From a virus (taxonomy: Duplodnaviria > Caudoviricetes), in IMG/VR virus record IMGVR_UViG_3300012352_000690, positions 1 to 37,430 of that record: 37,430 nucleotides of DNA. The stretch is one strand, 5' to 3'. Each line of letters begins with the position of its first letter. The first letter of the stretch is position 1. A program made the position numbers and the translations under genes. Under the pieces are notes generated by a model. That model worked only from the letters and a program-made list of their open reading frames with translations. It was not told where the DNA came from and did not search any database. Of this stretch, positions 8,375-18,911 are shown in pieces.

Positions 8375-8803
8375 ATGGCAGTATTTAATGCGACCGACGC
8401 GAAACTTTACAAGACTGGCACTCCAGACCAGCTAATCACAAAAACGAGAACAGCATCGTTCAATATGACCGCTGCAACAATCGACGTAACGACCAAGGAT
8501 TCTAATGGATGGCGTGAAATCCTACTTGGATTGCGTCAAGCGTCTGGAAGTGTGGAAGGGTTGATTGATTATGCTGAAGGCGGAAGTGAATTGAACGTAG
8601 ACCAGCTTACCGCGGCTTTCATGGCACGTGAAAAGTTGAGTTTGAAATTCAAGTTAGCATCTGCAACAGTAGGAAGTGAAATTATTTCGTTTGATTGCTT
8701 CTTGACATCACTTCCTAGAACATTCAATATGGAAGAGGCTGCTTCGTTCTCCGTTGATTTCGAAGTGACAGGCGTTCCAACATTTACAACCGTAACTGTA
8801 TAA
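8375..8803 (+). CDS. Major tail tube protein (TP901-1-like)
   Basis: IDVTTKDSNGWRE...G and ASFSVDFEVTG motifs. Confidence 0.9.
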   Translation: MAVFNATDAKLYKTGTPDQLITKTRTASFNMTAATIDVTTKDSNGWREILLGLRQASGSVEGLIDYAEGGSELNVDQLTAAFMAREKLSLKFKLASATVGSEIISFDCFLTSLPRTFNMEEAASFSVDFEVTGVPTFTTVTV

Positions 8804-8806
8804 TTT

Positions 8807-9139
8807 ATGAAAGGTCACTTAGCAATAGCTGTAGGAGAAAAGCAAATAAATTGTTTATTCGGCATGACTGCATTACTAGATTTTTGCAAGTCTAAAGATG
8901 TGCCATTTAGCGACATCGGTAAGATATTTAACGAGGAAAACGGCAATATGTTCGATGATATGTTCGAACTACTCTACCATGCCCACATCTGCTACTGCGA
9001 TTACATGGACACGCCAGCCGAGTACAACAAAAGAAAAATACAGCTTATTTGCGACCAAGGTGACTTAGAATCTATATTAGAAGGCACGGTGGCTGCTATG
9101 TTTGCAGGTATATCAACAAAAAAAAAAGGTAGCGAATAA
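8807..9139 (+). CDS. Tail assembly chaperone (lambda gpG-like)
   Basis: Position between tail tube and tape measure, ends with an A10 slippery run (9118-9127). Confidence 0.78.
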   Translation: MKGHLAIAVGEKQINCLFGMTALLDFCKSKDVPFSDIGKIFNEENGNMFDDMFELLYHAHICYCDYMDTPAEYNKRKIQLICDQGDLESILEGTVAAMFAGISTKKKGSE

Positions 9140-9491
9140 GGATATACAAGAAATTGTTTCGGCTGAAGACGTGCAGGCTTTTTGTTACGGGGAATTGAAC
9201 CTAAAAACAAAGGAGCTTGCACGTTTGCTTTTGGCAGACTTCTACGCAATGCAAGAAGGGTATCAGCGACGCGAAATTGACGACTGGCGCAAAATCCGGG
9301 AAATAATGACGATGATACATAACACTTCTTTTAATGTGAAAAAGGCCGTATCAGCAAAAGAACTATTTCCGCTTCCAGATGAAGAAAAAGAAACGATGGA
9401 TGAAAAAGATTTTGTAAATTTACTTGCAAGTTCGGGCGCAAAAAGAAATACAATCACGGCGGAAGAAGCTAAAAAACTAGGATTCGAATGA
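9102..9491 (+). CDS. Tail assembly chaperone extension (gpT-like), probably reached by frameshift
   Basis: Overlaps the previous ORF at the A10 run, has no good start of its own, ATGA-coupled to tape measure. Confidence 0.7.
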   Translation: MQVYQQKKKVANKDIQEIVSAEDVQAFCYGELNLKTKELARLLLADFYAMQEGYQRREIDDWRKIREIMTMIHNTSFNVKKAVSAKELFPLPDEEKETMDEKDFVNLLASSGAKRNTITAEEAKKLGFE

Positions 9492-11566
9492 GTGAGGAAA
9501 GAATACACGTAAGGCTTGTTTTGGATGGTCGAGAATACGAAACAGGCCTAAATAGAGCAGGGCAAGCAACAAGAAACTTTAGCGATACAATTCAAGGAGT
9601 TGCAGAAAAGTTAACTTTATTTGCAACGACCACATTGGCACTGGTTGGCACGCAAGGGATTAAAACGGCGATGGATTTAGAGGAAAGTCTGAACAAGGTG
9701 AACGTTGCTTTGGGGTCTGCCGCTAAATCTATAATCGACTTCTCCAAGACAACGACAGACACCCTAGGTATATCTCAGGGGGCGGCGTTGGACATGGCAG
9801 GTACGTTTGGGGATATGGCTACAGGAATGGGCATAACTCAGGAGCAGGCCGCGGGGATGTCTAAGCGCTTGGTTCAGTTAGCGGGGGATTTGGCTTCGTT
9901 TAAGAACATAGGCATTGAGCAGGCACAAACAGCGCTTAGCTCCGTATTTACGGGTGAAACAGAGAGTTTAAAACTTCTTGGTGTCGTAATGACTGAAGCA
10001 AACTTGCAAGCGTTTGCACTTGCAAACGGTATTAGTAAGAAAGTACAACAGATGACTGAAGCGGAAAAAGTATCACTCCGGTATGCGTTTGTAATCGACA
10101 AAACAAAGAACTCTCATGGTGACTACGCACGTACGGCGGATAGTGCAACCAACGCAACGCGAACGATGCAGGAGCGATTTAAGGAGGTAACGGGGGAAAT
10201 CATGTCTACTTTGTTGCCTGCTTATACGGCGTTGGTACAAGGAATTAATGCAATATTGAAAGCAACCTCAGAACTAAATCCACAAACCAAAACTTTAATT
10301 GCCGTAATTGGAGGTATTGTCGCTATTGCGGGGCCAGTGACTTTGGCAGTTATGGGGATTTCAAGTGCATTTAGTACCCTTAGTGCTGCGATATATGCAA
10401 CGCCAATTGTTGGGTGGATTGCTGCGGCTGTAACAGCAATTACGGCTCTTTCTTTTGCGGTTGCAACCTATTGGAGTGATATTCAAAAAGTATTCTTAAA
10501 TGCTCAAATTGGTTATAAAACTTTCATTATTGGGTTACTTTCTCCTTTGGAAAAAATGGGGTTTGCACTTGGTGATGTGGCACGTGGGGCGGTGGCTACT
10601 CTACGACAAGAAGTACAATCATTAAACAATGAGATATTTAAGATAAACATAAAAGATAGTAAGGGTGGCTCGTTCATGGCTCAAGAGCTTGGATATACAG
10701 AACTTGGCAGAACGCAAGATTCAGCTTTACCTGCAATCACAGGCGGAACGACCAAATTCACACCTCCGAGCGACGCGGGTACGATGCAATTTGGCAAGAA
10801 ATTCACCGAGGGGATTAAGAAGCTACAGCAACAAGCGGAAAACGCGCACGCGGAGTTTATTCTGTTTTGGGAGCGATTACCAGATAAGAAAATTAATGGC
10901 TTATCACTAAACGGAATCTTTCAAACGCAACTTTTTGCGGGTGGTAAAATTGAGTTGGGGATAACGGAAGAAACGCTTAAAGACTTTGACATTTCAGGGG
11001 ATAAGATTGCGAAAAAGTTTGAGGGGTTGATTAAGAGGATTCAGGATGGGATAGGTAACTTGAAAGTAAATACTATCAGCCCTATGCGAGAAGCCGTGCA
11101 GGAGTTAGCTAGTGAAACAGAAAAAGCAATAAACGACGCGTTTAGTAATTTAGCATTGATTGGCATAACAACGCTTGGTTCTACAATAGAGGGATTATTG
11201 ACAGATGCAATGGGTGGCGAGTATGACTGGAAACAAATGTTTGCTGGATTATTAAGGGCCCTATCGCAAGGTATGGCAGCTATTGCGCAAAAACTTATAA
11301 TCTTAGGGATAGGATTGAATGCGGCTATGCCTGGAAGTGGCATAAATCAATTAGCAGCTGGTATTGCATTATTGGCAGCATCAGGCGCGGCGGCAGCAGG
11401 TGCGGGATTGGTTAGTTCAAAGACAATCGCAAGCCGTTCAAACGCCAGCAACGTAAACCAATCAGGATTTACCGCACCTAGTTTTAACGTACAGGGTGCA
11501 TTTACGCTAAAAGGAACAGATTTAGTAGCTTCGATTAATAACACTAAGACACAATTTGGAATATGA
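9488..11566 (+). CDS. Tail tape measure protein
   Basis: 692 aa, Ala/Gly-rich and helical, LAGDLASFKN and GETESLKLLG motifs, hydrophobic segments. Confidence 0.92.
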   Translation: MSEERIHVRLVLDGREYETGLNRAGQATRNFSDTIQGVAEKLTLFATTTLALVGTQGIKTAMDLEESLNKVNVALGSAAKSIIDFSKTTTDTLGISQGAALDMAGTFGDMATGMGITQEQAAGMSKRLVQLAGDLASFKNIGIEQAQTALSSVFTGETESLKLLGVVMTEANLQAFALANGISKKVQQMTEAEKVSLRYAFVIDKTKNSHGDYARTADSATNATRTMQERFKEVTGEIMSTLLPAYTALVQGINAILKATSELNPQTKTLIAVIGGIVAIAGPVTLAVMGISSAFSTLSAAIYATPIVGWIAAAVTAITALSFAVATYWSDIQKVFLNAQIGYKTFIIGLLSPLEKMGFALGDVARGAVATLRQEVQSLNNEIFKINIKDSKGGSFMAQELGYTELGRTQDSALPAITGGTTKFTPPSDAGTMQFGKKFTEGIKKLQQQAENAHAEFILFWERLPDKKINGLSLNGIFQTQLFAGGKIELGITEETLKDFDISGDKIAKKFEGLIKRIQDGIGNLKVNTISPMREAVQELASETEKAINDAFSNLALIGITTLGSTIEGLLTDAMGGEYDWKQMFAGLLRALSQGMAAIAQKLIILGIGLNAAMPGSGINQLAAGIALLAASGAAAAGAGLVSSKTIASRSNASNVNQSGFTAPSFNVQGAFTLKGTDLVASINNTKTQFGI

Positions 11567-14500
11567 GTTACGCGCAAAAATACTTCGCTAGATATAGCGA
11601 CCTAGATGGGCAACAATATCGGTTAGAAATCTGGGTAAAAGATTTTGTAGGAACAGCAACGGAGGTACAAGCGGGTGGCACTCCTGTCGTTGTGGAAAAA
11701 AATAAAGATGTTACGGAAACGTATCTCGGTGGTATCGTACCAACTTTTTACCGGATAGAATTGTTGTCAGGTGTTGGCTTCAGTGCCGCGACCTTTGCAA
11801 GCGAAAACTATGGCGACATCCTCGTAAAGCACTATATTGGCAGTACAATAGACTTTCAAGGCGTGGTTGCTCCGTATGTATCAGAAGATTTAGATTTGCC
11901 CCCGACTTACTCCACATTCACGCTCCAGGCAGAATGCGGGCTTAACTTCTTAAAGAATGCACCTTTCCCTGTGTCAGATACAAAAACGCGGTTATTAGAC
12001 ATTATCAAGGAGGCCACGTATCTAATTCCTTCGCATCACTTCTTTGGCTTTAAAGTCATTGATAATACAAAGTGCTTTAGCGGCTTAACACAAGTTAATA
12101 GCGGCATAGACTTCTTTCAGACGTTTATCGACCGGCGGACGTTCGAGGGGAAGACATACTACGAGGTTATCCAATCGCTTATTGCTGTAAGGGATGAGTT
12201 CTTTTTTGACGCGGGTTTTTGGTGGTTGCGTAATGTGTCGGAGTTGTCAGAATTATATGCACAGCCCGCGTTAACTACTAAGTTAGTAACCTACGATTTA
12301 GAAGGCAATTACGTGTCTGTTGATGCAGCGTACCGACCAAGTGATACGGTAATTAGGCAAGCAGGGGGAAGTTTCGGGAATCTGTTTTCTCAAAAGAATA
12401 TACGTGTAAATCGGATTGAGCCACCGAAGATTGGCTATGTCTTAAACGGCGAATTTGACAAGGGCAGTACCAATTTTGTCCCAAACAATTGGACTGCGGG
12501 GTCAGAACCGTTTAGTTCGGTTTTGGGTGCAGATTATTTTCGTTTTGTCGAATCGGTATTCACGCCTAACCTAACATCAGACAACGCATACATACAAAGT
12601 ACGGCGGTCACGTGGGAGCCGTATGGCGGCTTCTTTGCGTCACCTCCACGCGATCCTCAGAAATTAGCATTTCGCGCGAACGTAGAGGCAGGTTCTGGAA
12701 TCAGTGCATGTAGGTTTCAAATAATTGCAGAATATGAATTAACTACTTATTATTTAACATCAGACTTGGCATGGGTTACAACACCGACAGTCATGCTAAA
12801 GAAAGTAAGTGCAGATGGTTTTATTAGTTTTGATATCCCAAACCCTCCACAAACTGGGGTTGCGCTTCTATCGAATTTTGACCAACCAATCGTATATGAT
12901 GTCACAATTAGGTTGTTTCGTTCGGAAAGGGCATTCCAAAGCACAGTATCTCAAGCATCGTATTTCACTCAATATAATAGTGTCAACTTATTTAAAGATA
13001 GCATATACACTTCGGTACTTGATGACTTTATTTCTACGATAGATTATCGTGGAGATGAGAAAAATGACCGCGAAAATACGCTTATCCTTGATTCAATTAT
13101 TGCTTCTCAAAACTCATTCCCGTATCGGCACGGCTCATTGTTTACACTAGGTGAAACGCCAATTGATGGGTTTGCGAGCGGGATTTCTGGAATACTAGGT
13201 AGCATTTATAATATCTATTTGGCTCAGTCTTATTTGAATGTTACCGGCAAAAGACTACAATACTATCAAGGTCGAACCTTTCAGCATTTAGATTTTTCGG
13301 ACATTGTAACGATTGATGATGTTTCGTATAGGATTCAAACTTATTCACACGACATAAAAAACAAGGCAGTTTCCGTTCGCTTAGTTGAGCTCGGCTGGGT
13401 TGGTGGAATACAAATAGATGAAAAGCTAATAGAGAACAACCTTCGTCAGGTTACAACTATTGTACAAAACAATAGCTTAATCCCTCAGGACTTCAATTTT
13501 TTTTCGTCTGTAAACTTCGACGGGCGTACATCTTTCGGGTTACGTCCTGACGTTCGGCATGAATCGGTAAACATTAGTGAGGTTTTTTTGCGTTCGGAGG
13601 AAACAGGGCTGGAATATGCGATGAATTGGGATTCCGACCACGACCTTTTAGCGGTCGGACTTTCCCCTACTTTCACGGCAAAAATCCCTCAAGACGCGGT
13701 TTGGGCTGGTGTGGCAGCTGTGGCTATTACGAAAGGGCAAACGCTCTATGTTTCGGGAACGTCCGGGTCTTCGGGTAAGTTACTTGTTTCACCTTTTATA
13801 GCGAACGGAACAATACCAGCGCGTTTCTTAGTCGGTATTGCAACCGAAAACGCGGCACAAGGTGCAAATGTGCATGTAATGCGTACAGGGATTCTTCGCG
13901 GATTAAATACAACGGCGTGGAGTGCAGGTCAGGACTTGTGGGCAAGTACGACGGTGGCGGGCGGGCTGCAAGCAACCGTACCGACCGCACCGAATCTAAA
14001 ACTTTCTATTGCGTTTGTAGTTACATCGCACGCACAAGTTGGTGAATTGGCAGTACGGATAAACACAGGGCATTATTTAGCAGACGCGCACGATACGGAG
14101 GTGAGCGGAATATTAGCAGGGCAATTATTAAGGCACACGGGTACAAGATGGGAAAATTGGAGTCCGAATTTTTTGACGGGGGCAACTGGAACATTAAATA
14201 CTATTCCGAAATTTGGAGCTGGTAATGCGCTTGTAAATAGTGTAATTACAGAAGCAAATGGGAATATTGGTATAGGAACACAAGCTGTTAGCGACGCTCG
14301 TTTACATTTAGCGGGGAGTAGCTCAACCTCATCTACAATCAAACAGACGTTTTTTGGCGTAGCAACCTCCAAAACCAAAATTAATTCAGCGGGGCAGTGG
14401 TGTTTTGGGCTTGATGGTGCAGATGGAGACACAGAAAGATTAGTTATAGCACAATCAGGCGCGGTTTTACTCAATACAACATTAGACCGAGGTCAAAATT

Positions 14501-16656
14501 TTCAGGTTGAAGGGACTGCCCTAATCTCATCTTCACTAACAACTCCGGCAATTGGGAACACAAACGGAGTAACAGCGAATAATACTTGGACATTTCCATC
14601 GAATGTTAATATACCTCTTTTACCAACCGCGAACACGCACGCAACAAGTAAACAATATGTAGATAATCTTGTTGCGACAGGAATAAAAGAAGGGATTCCC
14701 GTTCGTACAATTTCGTTAACTAATATAACCCTTTCAGGTACGCAGACAATTTCGGGAGTGTCTTTAGATGCTGGAGATAGAGTATTAGTTGCAGGGCAAA
14801 CAAATTCAGTAGAAAATGGTATTTACATAGTATCTTCAGGCGCGTGGAGTAGGGCAGCAGATAGCGATACGGATTTAGAGTTACGTGGCTATAACTATTT
14901 AATCATAGAAGGGTCGCAGGCGAATGCAAGGTATCGTAATGCAAATGACAGTGCGATAATCGTAGGAACAACATCAATCATATATGTAATTTACCAAGGC
15001 GCGGAAACAGACCCTATTTTTACGTCATCCCCTGCTTATTCGATTACGTCACAAAACATAAGTAGTTGGAACATAACAACAGCGAATTGGGGGGCTCTAA
15101 CTCCAACCCCTTGGTGGAATAGTAGATTTGCGGCTGCAAGTACTACCGGGCTTGCAGAAGGTACGAATCTGTATTTTACTAATTCGCGTGCAATAAGCGC
15201 CGTAACAAGTAATTTAATACAAAACAGAATTGTGGCAAGCGATGGGTCTGCGGGTCTAAAAAACTCTATTGCCTATGTAAGCGAAAACAGGGTTTTTTCA
15301 CTTGAAGCAGGGTTTCCCGCGATTTTACTACAAGGAACTCAAGTAGGGGCTGTCCCGTTTTTATTAAATAATTTCATTTCAGGTGTATCAAATGCTGGTT
15401 TTTCTATACAAAATGCAATAACAGGTGTCAATAATTTAGTTATTACAGAATTGGGGAATGTCGGGGTGGGGGTGTCTGACCCAACCTTCAAATTTGAAAT
15501 AGGTAGTACGGGAAATACTGTTGCTAGACTTCGTTCCGTGTCAGGGGGTGCATACTACGTCGCAATGCCTAATTCGACCGATACCTTAATGGCATTTGGA
15601 GATGCAAACGCAATTATTGGCGGAGGTGCTGGAGCTAAGGCTATGATTTGGACTAATGGAGTACCTTTGGTTATTCCTAATGGCAACATCCTTATAAACA
15701 CCACCATCGACGAGGGTCAGAAACTACAAGTAAACGGTAATGTAAGAATATCTCAACTAGCAGCAGGTAGCAGTGCAGATTCTATTGTAACAGTTTCGAA
15801 TTCGGGAGTGTTGAATAAGGTGGCGTATTCAGACTTGAATATTCTCACCGACAAACAGTTCACAGACGCAGCTTTAGGATTACGGCAATTAAGGTCAATC
15901 GAGTATCAAACAAACCGCATGGATTTTGGATTTGACAAAGTGCTTGATGTGCCGTACTTGTACTACGAAAACGACGGGGTGAGGCTAGTCAATTACATGA
16001 ATGGTAACGGCGTGTTTGTGCATGTAGATTCAGCAGGCAATGAGCGGCAGTATTTGCGCGCGGGTGATATTGCAGCGACCGTACCGAATTTACAACAAGT
16101 ATCGGAAGCAGGAAAGTCGAGCTCGATTAAATTGCAGTGGAACGCGGTAGATTACGCGCTAATTACAGACATACAGGCAATTGCAATTCCAAACTTGCAA
16201 CAAGTCGCGGAACGGGGTTTTAACGCAAATATCAGGTTACAATTCAACGGGGTAAACTATGCGACAATGAGCGATTTACCCGCAGTCGGAACAGTTCCTA
16301 CTCTTTCGCAAGTGCTTAATTCAGGGAACAATACGGGGTCTAGCCGAATTAATTTTAATAACTTTGCGGAAATGTTTGCGGTTACAAACGTACTGTACGG
16401 GAACGGCGTTTTTATCGGAACAGAGAGTTCTACGGCGGACTGTCACATTAGGCTGCAAGGCAGCAGTTTTGAAATAACATCACTACGAAACGGAGTAACG
16501 TTAAGCGCTGTACAGAGCGGAATACTTCAGGTACAAGCAAATTCTGTTAGATTCGGTAATGTTAATTACGCCTTCCACCAAACACCCGTTTTGGTTTCAG
16601 GGAATAAATATGTATTTTTATGGGATGGAAGTAAATTCGTAATCACAAACCTCTAA
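11563..16656 (+). CDS. Large tail tip/hub protein fused to modular fibre domains
   Basis: 1697 aa after tape measure. Fibre motifs GNIGIGT, HATSKQYVD, GDRVLVAGQT..ENGIY, LAEGTNLYFT and three P(N/T)L(Q/S)QV repeats. Confidence 0.8.
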   Translation: MSYAQKYFARYSDLDGQQYRLEIWVKDFVGTATEVQAGGTPVVVEKNKDVTETYLGGIVPTFYRIELLSGVGFSAATFASENYGDILVKHYIGSTIDFQGVVAPYVSEDLDLPPTYSTFTLQAECGLNFLKNAPFPVSDTKTRLLDIIKEATYLIPSHHFFGFKVIDNTKCFSGLTQVNSGIDFFQTFIDRRTFEGKTYYEVIQSLIAVRDEFFFDAGFWWLRNVSELSELYAQPALTTKLVTYDLEGNYVSVDAAYRPSDTVIRQAGGSFGNLFSQKNIRVNRIEPPKIGYVLNGEFDKGSTNFVPNNWTAGSEPFSSVLGADYFRFVESVFTPNLTSDNAYIQSTAVTWEPYGGFFASPPRDPQKLAFRANVEAGSGISACRFQIIAEYELTTYYLTSDLAWVTTPTVMLKKVSADGFISFDIPNPPQTGVALLSNFDQPIVYDVTIRLFRSERAFQSTVSQASYFTQYNSVNLFKDSIYTSVLDDFISTIDYRGDEKNDRENTLILDSIIASQNSFPYRHGSLFTLGETPIDGFASGISGILGSIYNIYLAQSYLNVTGKRLQYYQGRTFQHLDFSDIVTIDDVSYRIQTYSHDIKNKAVSVRLVELGWVGGIQIDEKLIENNLRQVTTIVQNNSLIPQDFNFFSSVNFDGRTSFGLRPDVRHESVNISEVFLRSEETGLEYAMNWDSDHDLLAVGLSPTFTAKIPQDAVWAGVAAVAITKGQTLYVSGTSGSSGKLLVSPFIANGTIPARFLVGIATENAAQGANVHVMRTGILRGLNTTAWSAGQDLWASTTVAGGLQATVPTAPNLKLSIAFVVTSHAQVGELAVRINTGHYLADAHDTEVSGILAGQLLRHTGTRWENWSPNFLTGATGTLNTIPKFGAGNALVNSVITEANGNIGIGTQAVSDARLHLAGSSSTSSTIKQTFFGVATSKTKINSAGQWCFGLDGADGDTERLVIAQSGAVLLNTTLDRGQNFQVEGTALISSSLTTPAIGNTNGVTANNTWTFPSNVNIPLLPTANTHATSKQYVDNLVATGIKEGIPVRTISLTNITLSGTQTISGVSLDAGDRVLVAGQTNSVENGIYIVSSGAWSRAADSDTDLELRGYNYLIIEGSQANARYRNANDSAIIVGTTSIIYVIYQGAETDPIFTSSPAYSITSQNISSWNITTANWGALTPTPWWNSRFAAASTTGLAEGTNLYFTNSRAISAVTSNLIQNRIVASDGSAGLKNSIAYVSENRVFSLEAGFPAILLQGTQVGAVPFLLNNFISGVSNAGFSIQNAITGVNNLVITELGNVGVGVSDPTFKFEIGSTGNTVARLRSVSGGAYYVAMPNSTDTLMAFGDANAIIGGGAGAKAMIWTNGVPLVIPNGNILINTTIDEGQKLQVNGNVRISQLAAGSSADSIVTVSNSGVLNKVAYSDLNILTDKQFTDAALGLRQLRSIEYQTNRMDFGFDKVLDVPYLYYENDGVRLVNYMNGNGVFVHVDSAGNERQYLRAGDIAATVPNLQQVSEAGKSSSIKLQWNAVDYALITDIQAIAIPNLQQVAERGFNANIRLQFNGVNYATMSDLPAVGTVPTLSQVLNSGNNTGSSRINFNNFAEMFAVTNVLYGNGVFIGTESSTADCHIRLQGSSFEITSLRNGVTLSAVQSGILQVQANSVRFGNVNYAFHQTPVLVSGNKYVFLWDGSKFVITNL

Positions 16657-16657
16657 A

Positions 16658-18901
16658 ATGGTAACAAAAGTAAGTCCTACGAGGCTAGTATATAATTCAG
16701 CACAAAATATTTACGCCGTACTTGTGCAGCGAACAGCAAGTTCATTTTACTATGTTACAGCAAACGGGGGGGGTAATATCCTCCCCCCCCCTTATTCGCA
16801 TAGATACGGAGCAGAATATAGTACCTTGCAGCAAGGGCTAGACAATATACCGTCAGGTTTTGCAATAGTAACACCGCCTGAAGCATGTAATTTGAGCATA
16901 GGCGTAGCTGTTACAATATTCTTAGGCATTCATATAAGCGTGTACGGCTCACCAACGGGCGCAAGTTCATGGACATTGCAGTTAAGTACAAACGGCACTA
17001 CATTTACAAATGTAAAAACTGTCACGCAGCTACTTCCGAACGGGTCGTCGGGCGTGCAAGGCGACACAACTGCAGACGGGGAAATCGAATATAGTGTTGC
17101 AGCGACGGGGACGTATTATTTCCGTGTAACGTCTTCGAATTGTACCTCAAATATTGTTTCCCGTGCGCTAGTTAGCTTTGAAGATTCCCAAACTCCTGTA
17201 AGTCAAGGATTTGCACTTACAGTAACTTCCCTTTTTGACCTAGGCGTAGGTGCGCCTTTTCAATCTTTCACCGATTCGTGGGGCGTAGCAGGTAAAACAC
17301 AGGCAGAAATGCAAAACGTTTCGGCGTTACAAGGGTTCGATTACTTGCCGATGACGGGGCGTTTTGAGGTATCGACGGAGGGCGGAGGAATATCACGCGA
17401 AGTCTTCCGGAGCTGGATTCAGAAAAGTATTAGTTTCCCCTCGACACTAAACAACGTAGTACAAGAAGGAAATAAAACATACTATTTTAGACCCCCGACT
17501 TACACGGCCGACCCATCGTACAATATGTACGACTTTCACAAGAAATTCCCTGCTTTTACTCCTCCTACCGGCAAAATCGTTGCAATTCAACCCGCCCCCT
17601 TTTCCGACACGGAGCAGGCGCAAATGATTTCGCGAGGGGTCACGCACGTGCGCAGGGGCGTGCCAGAGGCGAATCGGGTGTTTTTCTGGGGGGATGAATG
17701 GCTAAATGATGTAAAAGACGTAAACGGGCAAAGTATATTCCTCCCTCCTGCCTACCAAGAGCCTGAAAGTGCAAGGCAAAACTTTTATAATATACTTGAC
17801 CCTTACCAAATGGCCGCGCAATTGTACGCGCAATTTCAGCTCAACAACCTGCTAGGCTACGGATATATTTTCTGGAATTACGAACGCGTGGCTACATGGG
17901 ATGATAGGGTAGGAACGTGGGGAAATGTGCAGCCTCGTTCTGGCGATACAGGTAAGCCGAAAAGATTGATTTTCTTTGAAGAGTTTGCAAGATTAAAGCC
18001 TAGTACGTTAAAATTCGTCGCTTGGACGAAAAAGCCTGTTATTATCGACGCAGCTTGGCAACAGCAAAACCTGAAAATTGCGTGGGATGCGGTTTACAAC
18101 GGAACAGCAACGACTTATGCGCAATTAGATAGTGTCTATGCTGCAAACAATCTTACACCCCGAGCTTTCCAGAACGGCGTTTCTGGTGTTTCTCCGATGG
18201 ATTTTTACCATACCGGTTTTTATCAAGCTGGGCATAAAATCTATGTAGAGTTTCTATACAAGCACATTATGGAAACCTACATAAATAAGCGTTTGCAAGG
18301 GGCGGGGAAGAAGTCTATTGGTACACTCTGGATTGACAATGAGACGCTTGCAAGTAACGACGTTTTAACAGAAACAAAAGCAATAACCCATTTTGGAGAA
18401 ACGCTCAATTTAAACATAAAACCTGTAGCATCTTACTCTTACATGCAATCGTTTGCCGCGTGGATGACCGCAATCGGCGACGGTGTTGATGTTTGGGAGT
18501 ATAGGGAGTTTTTAGAAGACAAAGCTACGTGGGATAAATTAAAAAATCCTAGCAATGAATTTCAACCTCCACAATTCCCCTACACATCTGCAAAGGGCGT
18601 TGATTGGGTGATGAGTGCAATCTGGTCACTGGCGCAAAACGACGATATTTTAACGGCTGCAACGCCGTGGGTTTTCCCCGTTGACCCGTTTACGGCAGCG
18701 GGCGGGGTAATTGGGGCTGGTGCAAAAGCCCCTTTGGTTGCGTGGAAGTTAAATGCAGCTGGGAACGTGGCATTGGTTTTAGCAATGAACGCGTATAACG
18801 ACAATATGGGGTTGCAAGACGTATCTGTAATTATCAACGGCACGGCTCACGCCGTTAAAATACACTATAAGTTTACATCAATCGTAAGAATTAATCTATA
18901 A
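16658..18901 (+). CDS. Putative virion-associated protein, possible carbohydrate-active domain
   Basis: 747 aa in tail module, N-terminal beta-rich Ig/FN3-like segment, C-terminal aromatic-rich alpha/beta region. Function is inference only. Confidence 0.5.
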   Translation: MVTKVSPTRLVYNSAQNIYAVLVQRTASSFYYVTANGGGNILPPPYSHRYGAEYSTLQQGLDNIPSGFAIVTPPEACNLSIGVAVTIFLGIHISVYGSPTGASSWTLQLSTNGTTFTNVKTVTQLLPNGSSGVQGDTTADGEIEYSVAATGTYYFRVTSSNCTSNIVSRALVSFEDSQTPVSQGFALTVTSLFDLGVGAPFQSFTDSWGVAGKTQAEMQNVSALQGFDYLPMTGRFEVSTEGGGISREVFRSWIQKSISFPSTLNNVVQEGNKTYYFRPPTYTADPSYNMYDFHKKFPAFTPPTGKIVAIQPAPFSDTEQAQMISRGVTHVRRGVPEANRVFFWGDEWLNDVKDVNGQSIFLPPAYQEPESARQNFYNILDPYQMAAQLYAQFQLNNLLGYGYIFWNYERVATWDDRVGTWGNVQPRSGDTGKPKRLIFFEEFARLKPSTLKFVAWTKKPVIIDAAWQQQNLKIAWDAVYNGTATTYAQLDSVYAANNLTPRAFQNGVSGVSPMDFYHTGFYQAGHKIYVEFLYKHIMETYINKRLQGAGKKSIGTLWIDNETLASNDVLTETKAITHFGETLNLNIKPVASYSYMQSFAAWMTAIGDGVDVWEYREFLEDKATWDKLKNPSNEFQPPQFPYTSAKGVDWVMSAIWSLAQNDDILTAATPWVFPVDPFTAAGGVIGAGAKAPLVAWKLNAAGNVALVLAMNAYNDNMGLQDVSVIINGTAHAVKIHYKFTSIVRINL

Positions 18902-18911
18902 ATTTGTATAT

